A DNA stretch of 64,000 nt from the human T2T-CHM13v2.0 reference genome, Homo sapiens (GCF_009914755.1 NC_060928.1); one strand, 5' to 3'. Positions 31,250 to 46,665 are shown, counted from the stretch's first letter. The notes: a model not told the origin generated them from the letters alone. Translations and numbers: made by a program.

Positions 31250-31610
31250 CCCAGAGAAAAGAGAGTAGAGACATGGAGGGAAGGGGTTCAGGGGTTCTTA
31301 CCCTCCAGAAAAGTGGGAAAGGGGCCGGGGCATGGAAATAAGGGGTTGGGGCACAGAGATAAGAGGTTGGGGCATGGAAATAAGGGGTGGGGCGCAGAGA
31401 TAAGAGGTCAGGGTGTGGAAATAAGGGATCTGGGGGTTTTTGCCCCCTAGAAAAGTGGTACTTGCCACTAAGGGTGAAGAAGGGGTTGGGGGGTTCTTGA
31501 CCCCCAGAAAAGTGGAAAAGGGGTAGAGACATGGAGAGAATGGGTCAGGGTTCTTGTCCCTCCCCCAGAAAAGTGGGACTTGCCGCTAAGGGTGAAGGAC
31601 CAAGGCAGGT
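31250..31610. repeat. Degenerate tandem repeats of the HERV-H leader/pre-gag region
   Basis: Recurrent gggcatggaaataagggg, gcagagataagagg and ccccagaaaagtgg units. Confidence 0.8.
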
Positions 31611-31883
31611 GTCCCTGCGTGGTCAGACACCTCTGGAATGTGGGTGAATTATCAGAGAGGTATCCCTGCAATGATTAAACACAAGGGAAGGCTGCCTTCC
31701 CGACTCCGTGACCGCCGCCAGAGTTTTGGGTCCATAGATAAAACGTGTCTCCTTTGTCTCTACCAGAAAATGAAAGGAATTGAAATTAAGAGAAGGGAGA
31801 GATTGAAGGATGGTGCCAAGATTGAAAGGAGAAAGTGGTTGAGGGATAGTGAGAGAGGTTGGAGAAGACAGTAAGAAGAGGCC

Positions 31884-31892
31884 ACTTACCTG
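31884..31892 (-). promoter_or_regulatory. HERV-H major splice donor, perfect consensus CAG|GTAAGT
   Basis: + strand acttacctg, about 145 bp downstream of the 5' LTR in the proviral leader. Confidence 0.75.
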
Positions 31893-32015
31893 ATTTAAAA
31901 TTGGTGAGATGTTCCTTGGGCTGGTGGGTCTGAGGACCCGAGGTCATAGGTGGATCTTTTTCACGGAGCAAAGAGCAGAAGGACAGGGGATTGATGTCCC
32001 AAGGGAGGTCCCCTG

Positions 32016-32033
32016 ATCTGAATCATGGCACCA
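32016..32033 (-). other. tRNA-His primer-binding site
   Basis: Minus strand TGGTGCCATGATTCAGAT versus TGGTGCCGTGACTCGGAT (3 transitions), adjacent to the 5' LTR. Confidence 0.9.
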
Positions 32034-32035
32034 AA

Positions 32036-32446
32036 TTTCAAGCATGTCCGTGTGAAGAGACCACCAAACAGGCTTTGTGTGAGCAATAAAGCTTTTAATC
32101 ATCTGGGTGCAGGCGTGCTGAGTCCGAAAAGAGAGTCAGCGTAGGGAGATGGGGTGGGGCCATTTTATAAGATTTGGGTAGGTAAAGGAAAATTACAGTC
32201 AAAGGGGGGTTGTTCTCTGGCGGGCAGGAGTGGGGGTCACAAGGTGCTCAGTAGGGGAGCTTTTGAGCCAGGATGAGCCAGGAGAAGGAATTTCACAAGA
32301 TAATGTCATCAGTTAAGGCAGGAACAGGCCATTTTCATTTCTTTTGTGGTGAAATGTCATCAGTTAAGGCAGGAACCAGCCATCTGGATGTGTATGTGCA
32401 GGTCACAGGGGATATGATGGCTTAGCTTGGGCTCAGAGGCCTGACA
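32036..32446 (-). mobile_element. LTR7, 5' LTR of HERV-H (promoter pointing toward lower coordinates)
   Basis: Minus strand tgtcaggcctctgagccc..; TATAAAA at 32163-32169; poly(A) signal variant ATTAAA. Confidence 0.95.
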
Positions 32447-34587
<2,141 letters not shown>

Positions 34588-37500
34588 TGGAGTTTGTATT
34601 AATTCTTCAATTTATTACTTCAATGCCACCCACTCACCTGAAAAACTAGGCAAAGTCTTCCACTTCTTTGTCATTAGTCAGAAAACTCCTAAAATTATTC
34701 ATGCATTTTTCTGAAGTTTTCTGGAACATGTGATTACTTTTTCAGGCTTGACTGCATTAGTCACTCATAGGAAAGGTTTATTTTGTTTATCTGGCAGGCA
34801 GAATTACCAGGTTGTTTAAGTTGCTCTCTCTCACTTTTTCTTCTCAATGTGAATAATTGAATTTGCTTAGATTGAAAGTATAATGATTCTATTGCTTATG
34901 AAATTGTGTTGAAAGTTATAATGTCCTGCATATAGGTAAATGTTGTTATTGTTGATGCTATTATTAAAGAGTCTTCCTCTGGAAAAAGAAATGTGTGTAG
35001 AGACCTCAGAAAGGCATCTTTGGGGTTCAGACTTTTAGGATGAGAAAGCGCTTCTACTTTATGTGTAGCTGATATGTAGACAGAAAATGCTATAGAATGG
35101 TTGCTTTCCACTAGCCTGAACCAATAAGCATCAGCCCCTGCCCAGAGAGAGGCAGTAACTAGGGCTAGCAGCTAGAGGGAAGAAGTGGTAAGTGGGTGAC
35201 TATGTCAGTTGGGTCCTCTGGAGAGCAGGCATTGAGATGCCAAGCCAGACTCTGCCTGAGGAGCTGTTCTGATAACTAAGCACCATGGGGCTATTGGGCC
35301 TGACCACTTCTTCTCAGTCTAAGTCTTCTGTAAAGAACAATCTTTGCTCTGAAGATCCCTATTGGATTATCTGGACTTCGCCAGGCCTACTTTGTGGTTT
35401 GAAGCTCTCCAGCTGAGGCCAGATCCTGGAGACACTGCAGTTAGAGGCACTCTGCATGCTCTACAGATAAGCAACAAGTTCTTTTCTGATAAGAGATGTA
35501 AGTGGCACACATTCATAGCTGATGTGCCAGGGTCTCTGCCTAGGACTCGGGTCAATGTCAGGGGTTTGGTGTCTGAGGATAATGCAACATTGACTGGATG
35601 GCCACTTTAAATTGGGTGGCCTATAGGGTTAATTAAGATGGGGAATAATGGCCATTTGGTAAGTATTTGGGTTAAAGGAAGGATCCCAGTCTCTAAAACT
35701 ATGGCTCCAGTTTAGTACTGCATCAGAAATAATTTGTTCTTGAGGTAAATTCACTGCAATGTGGACCCGGAGCTTCTTTACTTCCCACTGACAATGAAAA
35801 AAAATTGACCCTGGATACAGAGATGGGGCAGAGACTTTAGGGAGGGGCAACCAAGTTGCCTAACATTTAGAGGGAGGAATATAACAGGTAGAGAGCAGAT
35901 ATATTTAACAAAAAGTTTTCTGCTTGGTTGGAGTGCCTTGGCCAAAAGCATTCTTGTAAAATGCAACTTCATCACTTCCTCTATACTACATGAACTCCCA
36001 GGGTCAGCATTCATTTATTGGATCAGCAAGATATTTGAGGCTAGGCCATACTCTGGGACTCTTCTATAACTCCTCAATAATTGCCTTTTATTAAGAGCTA
36101 AAGATGTATCAAGCATTTTTCAAATATTATCCATGGTGTTCACAACTGTCATGATCCACTCTGTTATCTTCATCTGACAGAAGAGAGATCAGGTGACTTG
36201 TTCAAGATTACATAGAGTATATATATGGTAGAGCTGCAAACCTGGGCTTTTTCTAAGACTGCTCTGGTTTTCTAATAGTTTATGAGTCACGATTTATGGC
36301 ATATATTAATCAAGTCATTGCAAAAGTAATGAAAGAGGCATTTGATGGCCCTTTATTGTTCTGGGATTTGAACACCCAAGATAACATAATGGAGAAGGAA
36401 ATGAGGGAAGGGTGTTAAGAGATTGTCATCTTTATATGATACATTTTACAGTTGTCCTGTGATATTTGCCCTTAAACTGCTCTTTAGATAAGAGTAGAAT
36501 CTATTGTTACTTCTACACCATTATATTTCTCTTCAAGATGTGCCCAAAGGCACATCTTCTTTGGGAGGCACCAAAACTAAAAATAATAAGATGATCTATG
36601 TAGCATCTGTTCTCCTTCATATTACACTGGTCTTCAAGTTAAGTTTTGCTCACTGGGTAGCTTTCCCATCACTGCTGTTTGCCCATGCCTGTGCATTTGA
36701 GGATCTGCTCCGTGTTCCCGTAGCTCCTCCTAGTGGAAGTTCACAAGTGAATGGACTTCCAGGATTTATATTAAGAATTTGAAAATTATATTCTAGACTA
36801 TGTTTCTAAATTATGTGAAAACAAGATTGTGTGACCGGAAGTAATACATTTGTTCTGAAAATTGAAAAACATAAATAGGGTATTTTAAAAATCTTTATTC
36901 TAATATTCATTACTTGATAAATATTACTGTAAAGATATTTCTCAACAAAAGATGCACCCGCTATAATTTCTAAATTGCAAATAATAAAAGCCAGTGCTCT
37001 TAATATCCACATCCTCTTATTTTGCAATATTCTTTAAAATAGGGGCCCTGTTAGTCCTCGTAGCTGCAGTGTCTATCAGCTAACCTGGTTCTTAATAGCG
37101 TAGAGAACAAAACCCTTCACCATTGGAGAACTCAAAGAAAATAAACTGTAGTTAGTTCAAAATACCTCTTCACTGTTTCAGCTAGACCTGAAACTTGGGG
37201 TAAAAAAGTCACAGTCTGTAAACCCAGGTAGGTGGGAAACAAATTTCCCCATGGACCAAATGTTTGATTTCTTGCTTTGAAAGGGTAACTAATACCCTAT
37301 GAAAAATGGAGAGTGTCATTGTAAAATGTCACATCTGATTTCATTTAGATAATGACTTTTTATCTTTACTCTTCTAAGTGAATGGCATTCAGAGTTGATT
37401 GTTTTAGAAGAACGTCATGCAGAACCAAAGTGTTTTCTCTGTTTATATTTTTATTTTGATTGAACTGAAAATATCTTCTTTGTGGTCATTTAGCTTATCA

Positions 37501-37699
37501 AACTTCTGTCAAGTTTTGTAGATCTGTTTTTTAAAAATGGACTAATAATTCCACAGGGCTCAGTGGGCAGTGCCTATGTCCCCTTTCCAAGAAAGGGAAT
37601 ACCCTAAGTGAGGGCTGGTATCCAAAAAGTTCCCAACATCTGGGGGCCATTTATCGGGGACCTCATTTGATGGGTCATTACTGAATATTAAATATTTGA

Positions 37700-38101
37700 A
37701 TATTACCCTTGTCCTAAACCAGCACACAACACTCATTCCCTCAGTTGCTGAGAGGTTGGTGGTTCAATGCTCTCAACTGAGTCCCTCTCCAGGAAGTTGA
37801 AGAGAATAGCCTGGCCTAAAGTTATACCTCACCCGCTTCCCAGTTAGCCTGAGTCTAATGACTGGCCCAAGACAGAATATAAAGACTGGATTCCTTGCCT
37901 CAACTTGAGGTTAAGCTGAAGGCCTATCTCAGCCGTGGAACTCCCAGCAGGATCATCTGGGGCCTCTGTGTGACTACAGTGCAGTTCTTCTACCCACTCT
38001 GTCCAGTTCTAATTCCTTCCTCCTCCTCAGCTGTTGAGGCCAAGAGCTCTTTTCAATAAACTTCCTCAGTGTATGTTTCCCAAAGAACTCAAACTGTAAC
38101 A
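37700..38101 (+). mobile_element. Old ERVL LTR (LTR16-like)
   Basis: tataaagactgg..ttgcctcaacttgagg..caataaacttcct..tttcccaaagaactcaaactgtaaca. Confidence 0.55.
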
Positions 38102-38202
38102 TTCACACAGTATAATTTTGGGCAAATATAACAGTAGCATGCATGTGAAGGACTCAGTTGGACACAATAAGGCTTTATAACTACACAAAACAAATCAACT
38201 GA

Positions 38203-38629
38203 TGTAGGAAGCTGAAGGTCTGTGGGTCGTGACCAACACAGCATTCTGCTGGAGGCTATATGATCGAACAGCAAACTTTATCATGAATGCAGAATGTGGG
38301 CAAACTTGCGACTGCACCTGCTGCCAGAAGGTTTGCTGAGGGCAGTTACTCCCTGGTGTCATGCTCCTTGAGGTTATCTACTGGAATACCTGGAGACTAC
38401 TGTTCAAAGAATGCAGTCCTGCAGGCCTGCACCCAGTCAAGCAGCTGACCACAACCACCCCCTTCTCCCTATCTCATTTACTCAATAAATATGAAGGGCT
38501 ATAGAAGCTCAGGGCCCTTGTTCACTAGAAGCAAGGAGCCCCCGACCCCTTCTTCCAAATATACTCTTTTGTCTTTGTCTTTATTCCCAGGTTTGTCCTA
38601 CTTTGTTCAGTCCAGCAAGGTCCGCGGCA
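38203..38629 (+). mobile_element. ERVK solo LTR, LTR3/LTR3A-like (HERV-K3/HML-6)
   Basis: gtcgtgaccaac..ctggaggctatatgatc..agcaaact..aataaatatgaagggct..gctcagggcccttg; TG..CA termini; 6-bp TSD aactga/aattga. Confidence 0.82.
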
Positions 38630-38704
38630 AATTGATAATTCACATGAGAACATTTGTCACCCTGTATCTGAAGCAGGTTGAAGGCAAAGTGAAAGGGAAG
38701 CTAC

Positions 38705-38930
38705 TTTTTATTTTGAGACAGAGTCTCACTCTGTCGCCCAGGCTGGAGGGCAGTGACATGATCACAGCTGAGTGCAACCTCCGCCTCCCGGGTTCAAGCA
38801 TTACTCCTGCCTCAGGCACATGCCACCATGCCCAGCTAATTTTTGTAGTTTTAGTAGGTACGTGGTTTTACCATGTTGCCCAAGCTGGTCTTGAACTCTT
38901 GACCTCAGGTGTGCAAAGCTCCCAAAGTGC
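38705..38930 (-). mobile_element. Alu (S-type), truncated, with internal deletions
   Basis: tttgagacagagtctcactctgtcgcccaggctgg..; junction cctcag|gcaca lacks the gtagctgggattaca segment. Confidence 0.85.
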
Positions 38931-41900
38931 AAGGAGCTATATTTAATATATACACAACTACTTATTCCCCTCCCAGCTTTACTGAGTTATGATTGACAAA
39001 ATAAAACTGTATATATCTAATGTGTACAATGTGATGTTTTGATATATGTACATGTTGTAAAATGATTACCACTATCAAGTTAATTGACATATCCATCACC
39101 TCACAGAGTTACCTTTTGTTGTGTGGTGAGAACATTTATGATCTACTCTCTTAGCAAATTTGAAGTCTATAATTTGATGTTACTAATTATAGTCACCATG
39201 CTGTATATTAGGTCTCCAGAACTTATTCATCCTTTATAAATAAATCTTTGTACACTTTGACCAACATCTCTTCATTTCCCTCTCTGCTCTATGGGTTCCA
39301 CTTTTTTAGATTCCACATGTGAATGAGATCATGCAGTACTTGTCTTTCTGGGTCTGGTTTATTTCACTCAGGATAATGTCCTCTAGGTTAATTCATGTTG
39401 TCACAAATGACAGAATTTTTAAAAAAAATTTTAAAGTCTGAATAATATTCCATTATAAATATACATTACTTTTTCCTTATCCATTTGTCTGTTCATGAGC
39501 ACTTAGGTTGATTCAATATCTTGGCTATTGTGAACAATGCTGCAATAAACATGGGAGTGCAGATCTCTGTTTGAAATACTGATTTTTTTTCCCTTTGGAA
39601 AATATACTCAGAAGTGGAACTGCTGAATCATATGATAGTTCTGTTTTTAATTTTTAAAGAAACCTCCATAGTATTTTCTATAATGGCTGTATCAATTAAC
39701 ATTCTCACTAACAGTGCAAAAGGGTTCCCTTTTCCTTACATCTTCACCAACACTCACTATCTTTTTTCTTTTTGGTAAGAGCTATTTGAACTAGTGTGAG
39801 GTGATACCTCATTGTGGTTTTGGTTTTTATTTCCCTGATGATTAGTGATGTTGAACATTGTTTCACCTACTTGGTGGCTGTTTCTGTGTCTTCTTTTGAG
39901 AAATACCTATTCAGGTCCTTTGCCCATTTTGAAATCAGCTTATTTGTTTTCTTGCTATTGAGCTGTTTGAGTTCTTTGTTTCAAATATTAACCTCTTTTT
40001 GAATATATGCCTTGCAAATATTTTCTCCCATTAAATAGGCTATCTCTTCACTCCATTGATTGTATCTTTATCTGTGCAGAAGGTTTTTATTTTCATACAA
40101 TCCCATTTGTCTATTTTTGCTTTTGTTTCCTGTGTTTTTGGCGTCATATCCAAAAAGTCATTGCAAAGATCAATGTCAAGAAGGTTTTCCCCTGTTTTCT
40201 TCCAGTAATTTAAAAATTTCAGGCCTTATGTTTAAGTCTTTAATCGATTTTTTGGGTTGAATTTTTAACATGGTGTGAGATAAGGTTCAATTTCTCAATA
40301 AGGTGAAATATGGTTCAATTTCATTCTTCTGCATGTGGTTATCCAGTGTTCTCTATGCCATTTTTAAAGAGACTATCATTTCCCTTGTGTGCCCTTGGCA
40401 ACTCTGTCAAGAATTAATTGACTAAAAATAAGTGGAATTATTTCTGGACTATTTTGTTCCATTGGTCTATGTGTCTATATTTATGCCAAAACCATACTGT
40501 TTTGATTATTATAGCTTTGTAGCATATTTTGAAATCAGGCGGTGTGATACCTTAAGCTTTGTTCATTTTGCTCAGGATTGCTTGGCTGTTTGGAGTCTTT
40601 TCATATTCCGTATGAATTTTAGAATTTTTTTTTGTCTCTGTGAAAAATGTCATTGGGATTGCATTGAATCTGTAGATTGCTATGTGTAATATGAGCATTT
40701 TAACAATATTAAATATTCTAATTAATGAACATGGGATATCTTTGCATTTATTTGTGTCTTCATCAATTTCTTTTATCAATATCTTATAGTTTTCAGTGTA
40801 CTGATCTTTCACTTCTTTGGCTAAATTTATTCCTTGGTATTTTTATGGTATTATAATTAGGATTGTTTTCTTAATTTTTTTCAAGTGGTTTGTTGTTAGT
40901 GAAGAGAAATACAACTGATTTTTGTGTGTTGATTTTATATTCTGCAGCTTTATTGAATTTGCTGATTAGTTATAAAGATCTTTTGTGGAGTCTTTAGGGT
41001 TTCCTATCTGCAAGATCACGTCACCTGGAAACAGAGACAATTTTACCTTTTTTTTTTTTTCCAATTTGTATACCTTTATTTTTTTCTGGCCTAAGTGCCC
41101 TGGCTAGGACTTCTAGTACTATATTGAATAGAAGTGGCAAGAGTGTGTATCTTTGTCTTATTCCTGATCTTAGATGAAAAGCTTTCAACTTTCCAGCATT
41201 GAGTATGATGTTAGCTGTGGGCTTCTCATATATTGGTCTCTATTATGTTGAGGTACATTCCTTCTATAACTAATTTGTTGAGAGGTTGTATCATGAAAGG
41301 ATGTTGAATTTTGTCAAATGATTTTTCTGCCTCTGTTGAGATGATCATATGATTTTTGTTCTTCATTTTGTTAATATGGTGTTTCACATGTATTGATTTG
41401 TGTATATTGAACCATACTTGCACCCTGGGGATAAATCGTACTTGAACATGGTGTGTGCTTCTTTTAGTGTGCTGTTGAATTTGGTTTACTAGCATTTTCT
41501 TGAGGATTTTTTCATGAAAATTCCATGAACAGTATCAGGGATACTGGCCTGTAATTTTATTTTTGTGTAATGCCCTTTCTGGCTTGATAGCAGTGTAATA
41601 CTGGCTTTTTAAGATGATTTAAAAGCATTTCCTCGTCTTCAATTTTTTGGAATAATTTGAAAAGGATTGATGTTAATGCTTCTGTAAATGTTTGGTAGAA
41701 TTCAACAATGAAGCTATCAGATCCTGGGCTTTGTTGGGATTATACTGTGCTTTGATATTTATACTAATAACTAGATTAAATATGTTGATTCAATCTATCT
41801 ATTCATTATTGTCTATTTAGATTTTGTATTTCTTCATGATTCAGTCTTCGTAGGTAGTATATTTCTAGAAATTTATCCATTTTTTTCTAGGTTATCCAAT

Positions 41901-42225
41901 TGTTAGTATATACTTGTTCATAGTATTCTCTAATAATTCTTTATATTTGTGTGGTATTCTTTGTTTTATTGCCTCTTTCATTTATAATTTGCTAAATTTG
42001 AGTCTTCTCTTTTTCTGTTTTTATTCTAGCTAAAGTTTTGTTAATTTTGTTTGCCTTTTGTTTGTTCTTAGTTTCATCAATCGTTTCTATTTTTTAAGTC
42101 TCTGTTTCATTTGTTTCTGCTCTGCTCTTTATTATTTCCTTCCTTTTGCTAACTTTCGGCTTAGTTTGTTCTTTTTCCAGGTTTTTGAGGTGTAATGGTA
42201 GGTTGTTTACTTGAGATCTGTCTTT

Positions 42226-42426
42226 ATTTATTTATTATTTGTCTCATTTATTTATTTATTTATTTGTCTGTCTCATGGGGATCTTACTATGTTGTCCAGG
42301 CTGAAGCATAATGGCTATTCATAGGGGCACATAGCACACTACAGCTGTAAACTCCTGGGCACAAGTGATCCTCCCACTTCAACCTGCAGGTAGCTGGGAC
42401 TACGGGCACATACAACTGTGCCTGGC
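42226..42426 (-). mobile_element. FAM (fossil Alu monomer)
   Basis: Monomer retains the 7SL-derived tgaatagcca segment; (TTTA)n tail; TSD tctgtcttt. Confidence 0.8.
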
Positions 42427-43079
42427 TTTCTGTCTTTTTTTAATGTAGGCCATGAACTTTTTTCTTATTACTACTTTTGCTGCATTCCACCTTCATTTGT
42501 CTCAAAATGTTTTAATATTCTTTTTAGTTTCTTCTTTGGCTCACTGGTTATTCAAGAGCATGTGGTTTGATTTCCAAATGTTTTCAAATTTTCTAGGTTT
42601 CGTTCCTCTTATTGATTTCTAATTTCATAGCATTGTGGCACAAAAGATACTTGATATGATTTTAATCTTCTTAAAGCCACTTAGACTTAATTGGAGAATT
42701 CAATATATTTACATTTAAAGTAATTATTGATAGGTAATGAATTACTATTGCCATTTTGTTAATTGTTTTCTGACTATTTTGTAGCTCTTTTGTTTCTGTC
42801 GTCCTATGTGATTTGATAATATTTTGGGCAGGTTTGCTTTGATTCCTTTTTATTTTTTGTTGTATTTGTCATCTTTTTTTTTTATTTGTGGTTATCATGG
42901 GACTTACATAAAACTACTTATAATAGTCTGTTTTCAACTGATAAGTTTGATGGCATACATAAAAACACTTTAACTTTTCTTCCTCATTATATATTATTGA
43001 TATTACAATTTTCATCTTTTATATTATGTATCACTTCACAAATTATTATAACTGTAATAATTTTTAGCAGAAACCATAA

Positions 43080-43387
<308 letters not shown>

Positions 43388-46300
43388 TTTTAATCTTATA
43401 CTAGAGTGAAAAGTGATATATGCATCACTATTACAGTATAGAGTATACTGCATTTGACTATATTCTTATCTTTACCACAAATTTTATACTTACATATGTT
43501 TTCATGTTGGTAGCATCCTTTTATTTCAACTTGAAGAATTGAAATTTAGCACTTCTTGTTGAGGCAGGCCTAATGGTGATGAGCCGTCTCAGCTTTTGTT
43601 TATCTGGGAGGCTTTATATCACATTCATTTCTGAAGGATAGCTTACTGGGTATAGTATTCATGGTTGGTCATTTATTTATTTTTCCTGTAGTTTGAATAT
43701 ATCATCTTGCTCTATCTTGGTCTGCTGAAAAGCCTGCTGATAGTCTATGGAATTTCACTTTTATGTGATGATTTGCTTTTCTCTTACTGCCTTCAGAATT
43801 TTTTCTTTGACTTTGAGAATTTGATTATAATGTTATGTTGGTGAAGATCTTTTTATGTTTAATCTATTTGGGGTTCTTTGGGATTCACAGAGCTGTACTT
43901 TCACTTCCCTCTCTACATTTGGGAACTGTTCTATTATTATTTCTTTAAATGAGTTATATTTCCATTTCTTTTTCTCTGATCCCTGTTGGAATGTTATAAT
44001 GCATATATTGGTGCACTGGATGGTGTTCAAGAAGTCCCATAAACTTTCTTCACTCTTTCTCTCTCTTTTTTTTTTTTTTTTTTACTTCTCTGACTGGATT
44101 ATTTCAAATGACCTCTCTCTGAACCACTGCTTTTTTCTTCTGCTTGGTTGAGTCTGCTGTTGAAGCTCTCTAAATTTTTAAGTCCAGTTGTGTTATTTAG
44201 CTTCAGAACTTTGTTTCTCTTTTATGGTTTCTTTTTCTTTGTTAAACTTCTAATTTTTTTCATGTATTATTTTCCCAATTTTGTTTACTTATCTATCGGT
44301 GTTCTCTTGTAGCTCATAGAGTTCCTTTAAGACAATTATTTTGAATTATTTGTCAGAAATTTTGTAGAGCTTCACTTCTTTAGAGTCATTTACTGGTGCT
44401 TTATTTTGTTCATCTGGTATATCATGTTTCCATCATTATTTGTGATTCTCGTGACCTTTCATTGGTATCTGCAAATTTGAAGAAGTAGGCACCTCTTCCA
44501 ATCTTTACAGACTGCCTTCAGCAGGGAAAGCCCTTCACCACTCAGCTTGACCAGAGTCTGTGTGGGCTGGTTGGTATGGTCCATGTGCAGGCCTTGCTAC
44601 TAACATCCTCAGGCAAATTAGCCTGGTGCCTTGGTCAGTGGGTGGACTTGGTGTCTGAGTCCATGGGTATGGGGTTGGAGCCTGATTCTATGGGTGCGGT
44701 CCTGGATCCTGAGTTTGAGGGGGTTGGTCTGGCACTGAGGACCATTGGGATGGGACTTATGGCTGATTTGCAGGGGTGGTCCTGGAGCACTGGTCTGTAT
44801 AGGTGAGCCTGAATCCTGGGTCCACAAGGGATTGTCCAAATCCTGAGTCCATGGGGGCTGAGCAGACACTGGGTCAGGTCTGGAGCCTGGGACCATGGGG
44901 GCTGGCCTGGCGCTGAGTTAAGCTTGAAGCCTAGGTTCCCAGGGGCTGGTCTGAAGGCTGAAGTGGGCCTGACACTAAGGTAAGCCTAGAGCCTGTGTTC
45001 CCAGTGGTTGGTCTGGCGCCACGGTTCACTGAGGGCAGGCTGGTGCTGGGGTCCATGAAATTGAGTGCTTACTTTACTCTCCTTTTTCCTTGCAGAAGGT
45101 ATCTCTCTCTGTGTTCTACACTACACAACAATGCAGAAGGTATCTCTCTGTGCTGTGCTTTGCAGGCTTAGGGGAGCTGACTTGGGTAATGTGAAACTGT
45201 CCTTTTGTACCCCATTCAAGGCATTTTTTTTTTCTTATTTCTGTGTTCAACACAGGTGACTAATCTGTCACCTGGATTTCTTAGCTCTTGTGAAGGGATT
45301 TTTTTTGTTTGTGGATAGCTGTCCAAATTGATGTTTGTGTGAGGAATTATTGGAAACTCCTATTCTGGCATCTTGCTGATGTCACTCCATACATTGCTAT
45401 ATCTTCAAATTATGACCAATGATCTATTGGAAATAGAATGTGATTAAGTCATGTGGTCTGACTGGAGCAGGCTCTTTCTCTGTTTCTTTCCTTCTCTCCC
45501 TTCCTTCCATCCTTCCTTTTGTTACAAATATCACGTAGCATTTATCGCAACTAACAGGGTAGACCAGGACATGGGAAGGACTCTATAGCAGAGCATGGCC
45601 ACTCACTTTATAGTTTTGTGTCCAGAGAAGCCCACCACATCCCCTTCCAATGAGAAGGAAAAGACTGGTTTGTCATTTCTTAAATTGTGAAGAGACAAGG
45701 AAAAATAGAGAATATTTTATCTATTTTAATTTGTCTTGCTAAGGGGGAAAAACAATTTGGCCTAGGCACTTCAGCTCTTGCCATAAATGCGTCTCAATTT
45801 TTATGTAAATTACATTTATATAATGGGATTGATTCTCCAAATTGTTTTATGGTCTGTAGTTTGATTTATTTCATTTGCAGACACTACAGAAGAAATGAAA
45901 AGATGAAGGGTACTGATTGTTTTTTCTGTTATCAGTTATAAAAGTAGTGTAGATGCATTTCAGTAACACACCCAAAGCAGACAACAAATGTGTGGGTTTA
46001 ATGGAGAACTGGAAGTAAATGTGAAGTTTGAATTATATCCTAGTAAAGCTGCTTACCTTTGTAGTGTTTATTCTTTAAGCATTTTAAACCACTAGGGATG
46101 TATTTCATGTTGGCAATCATTCAGGTGTCATTGCTTTTAGATACCTGTCTCTACTTAAATCTTGTTGAAGGTTTTATTACTCCTGAAGAGTGCCCATATT
46201 TTTATAATGTATGAAATAAGATTTATATAGGAATAACACAGAATTGAATTTTTTCTGCTAACCAGTAATCACACTCTTGTATTTATGTCATACTCTGTCT

Positions 46301-46619
46301 TCTTCTGATTAAGGAAAAATGCTATCTTAAGTATCTCCTTTATTCTTTTAACTTTCCTGAAGGACACATTGGGCAGGTTTAAACTTTTGTCACTGTGAAT
46401 AGAAAGTTAAAACACAAAAGGTGTTGCCATCACAACACGTTTTTTGTTGAAATACAATAAATTGTCATCATACTTGGTGGCTGCCAGAAAAGTAAGAGGA
46501 AAAACAAACAAAAACAAAATTTAATCTATTTGAAGGTCAGAACACAGCAGAACCCCCCTTAAAGCTAGTTTTATTAATTCTCTACTTGTGATCATTTGAC
46601 TTGGACTGATTTGAAACTT

Positions 46620-46665
46620 AGGTTTTTGCTCTTTGTGGATACAGGTTTTTGCTCTTTGTGGATAC
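46620..46665. repeat. Perfect 23-bp tandem duplication
   Basis: aggtttttgctctttgtggatac twice. Confidence 0.95.

Larger units (their letters stand above)
26210..32446 (-). mobile_element. HERV-H provirus, common deleted type (about 6.2 kb, most of env and parts of pol missing)
   Basis: Two LTR7s, tRNA-His PBS, PPT, and colinear gag-pro-RT-RNaseH remnants on the minus strand. Confidence 0.96.

Noticed and set aside
31250-31610. CRISPR-like or novel repeat array
   Set aside because: Degenerate repeats are the known HERV-H leader; no repeat-spacer architecture, and the context is eukaryotic
38491-38946. 151-aa ORF starting inside LTR3
   Set aside because: LTR R/U5 plus antisense Alu; no coding signature
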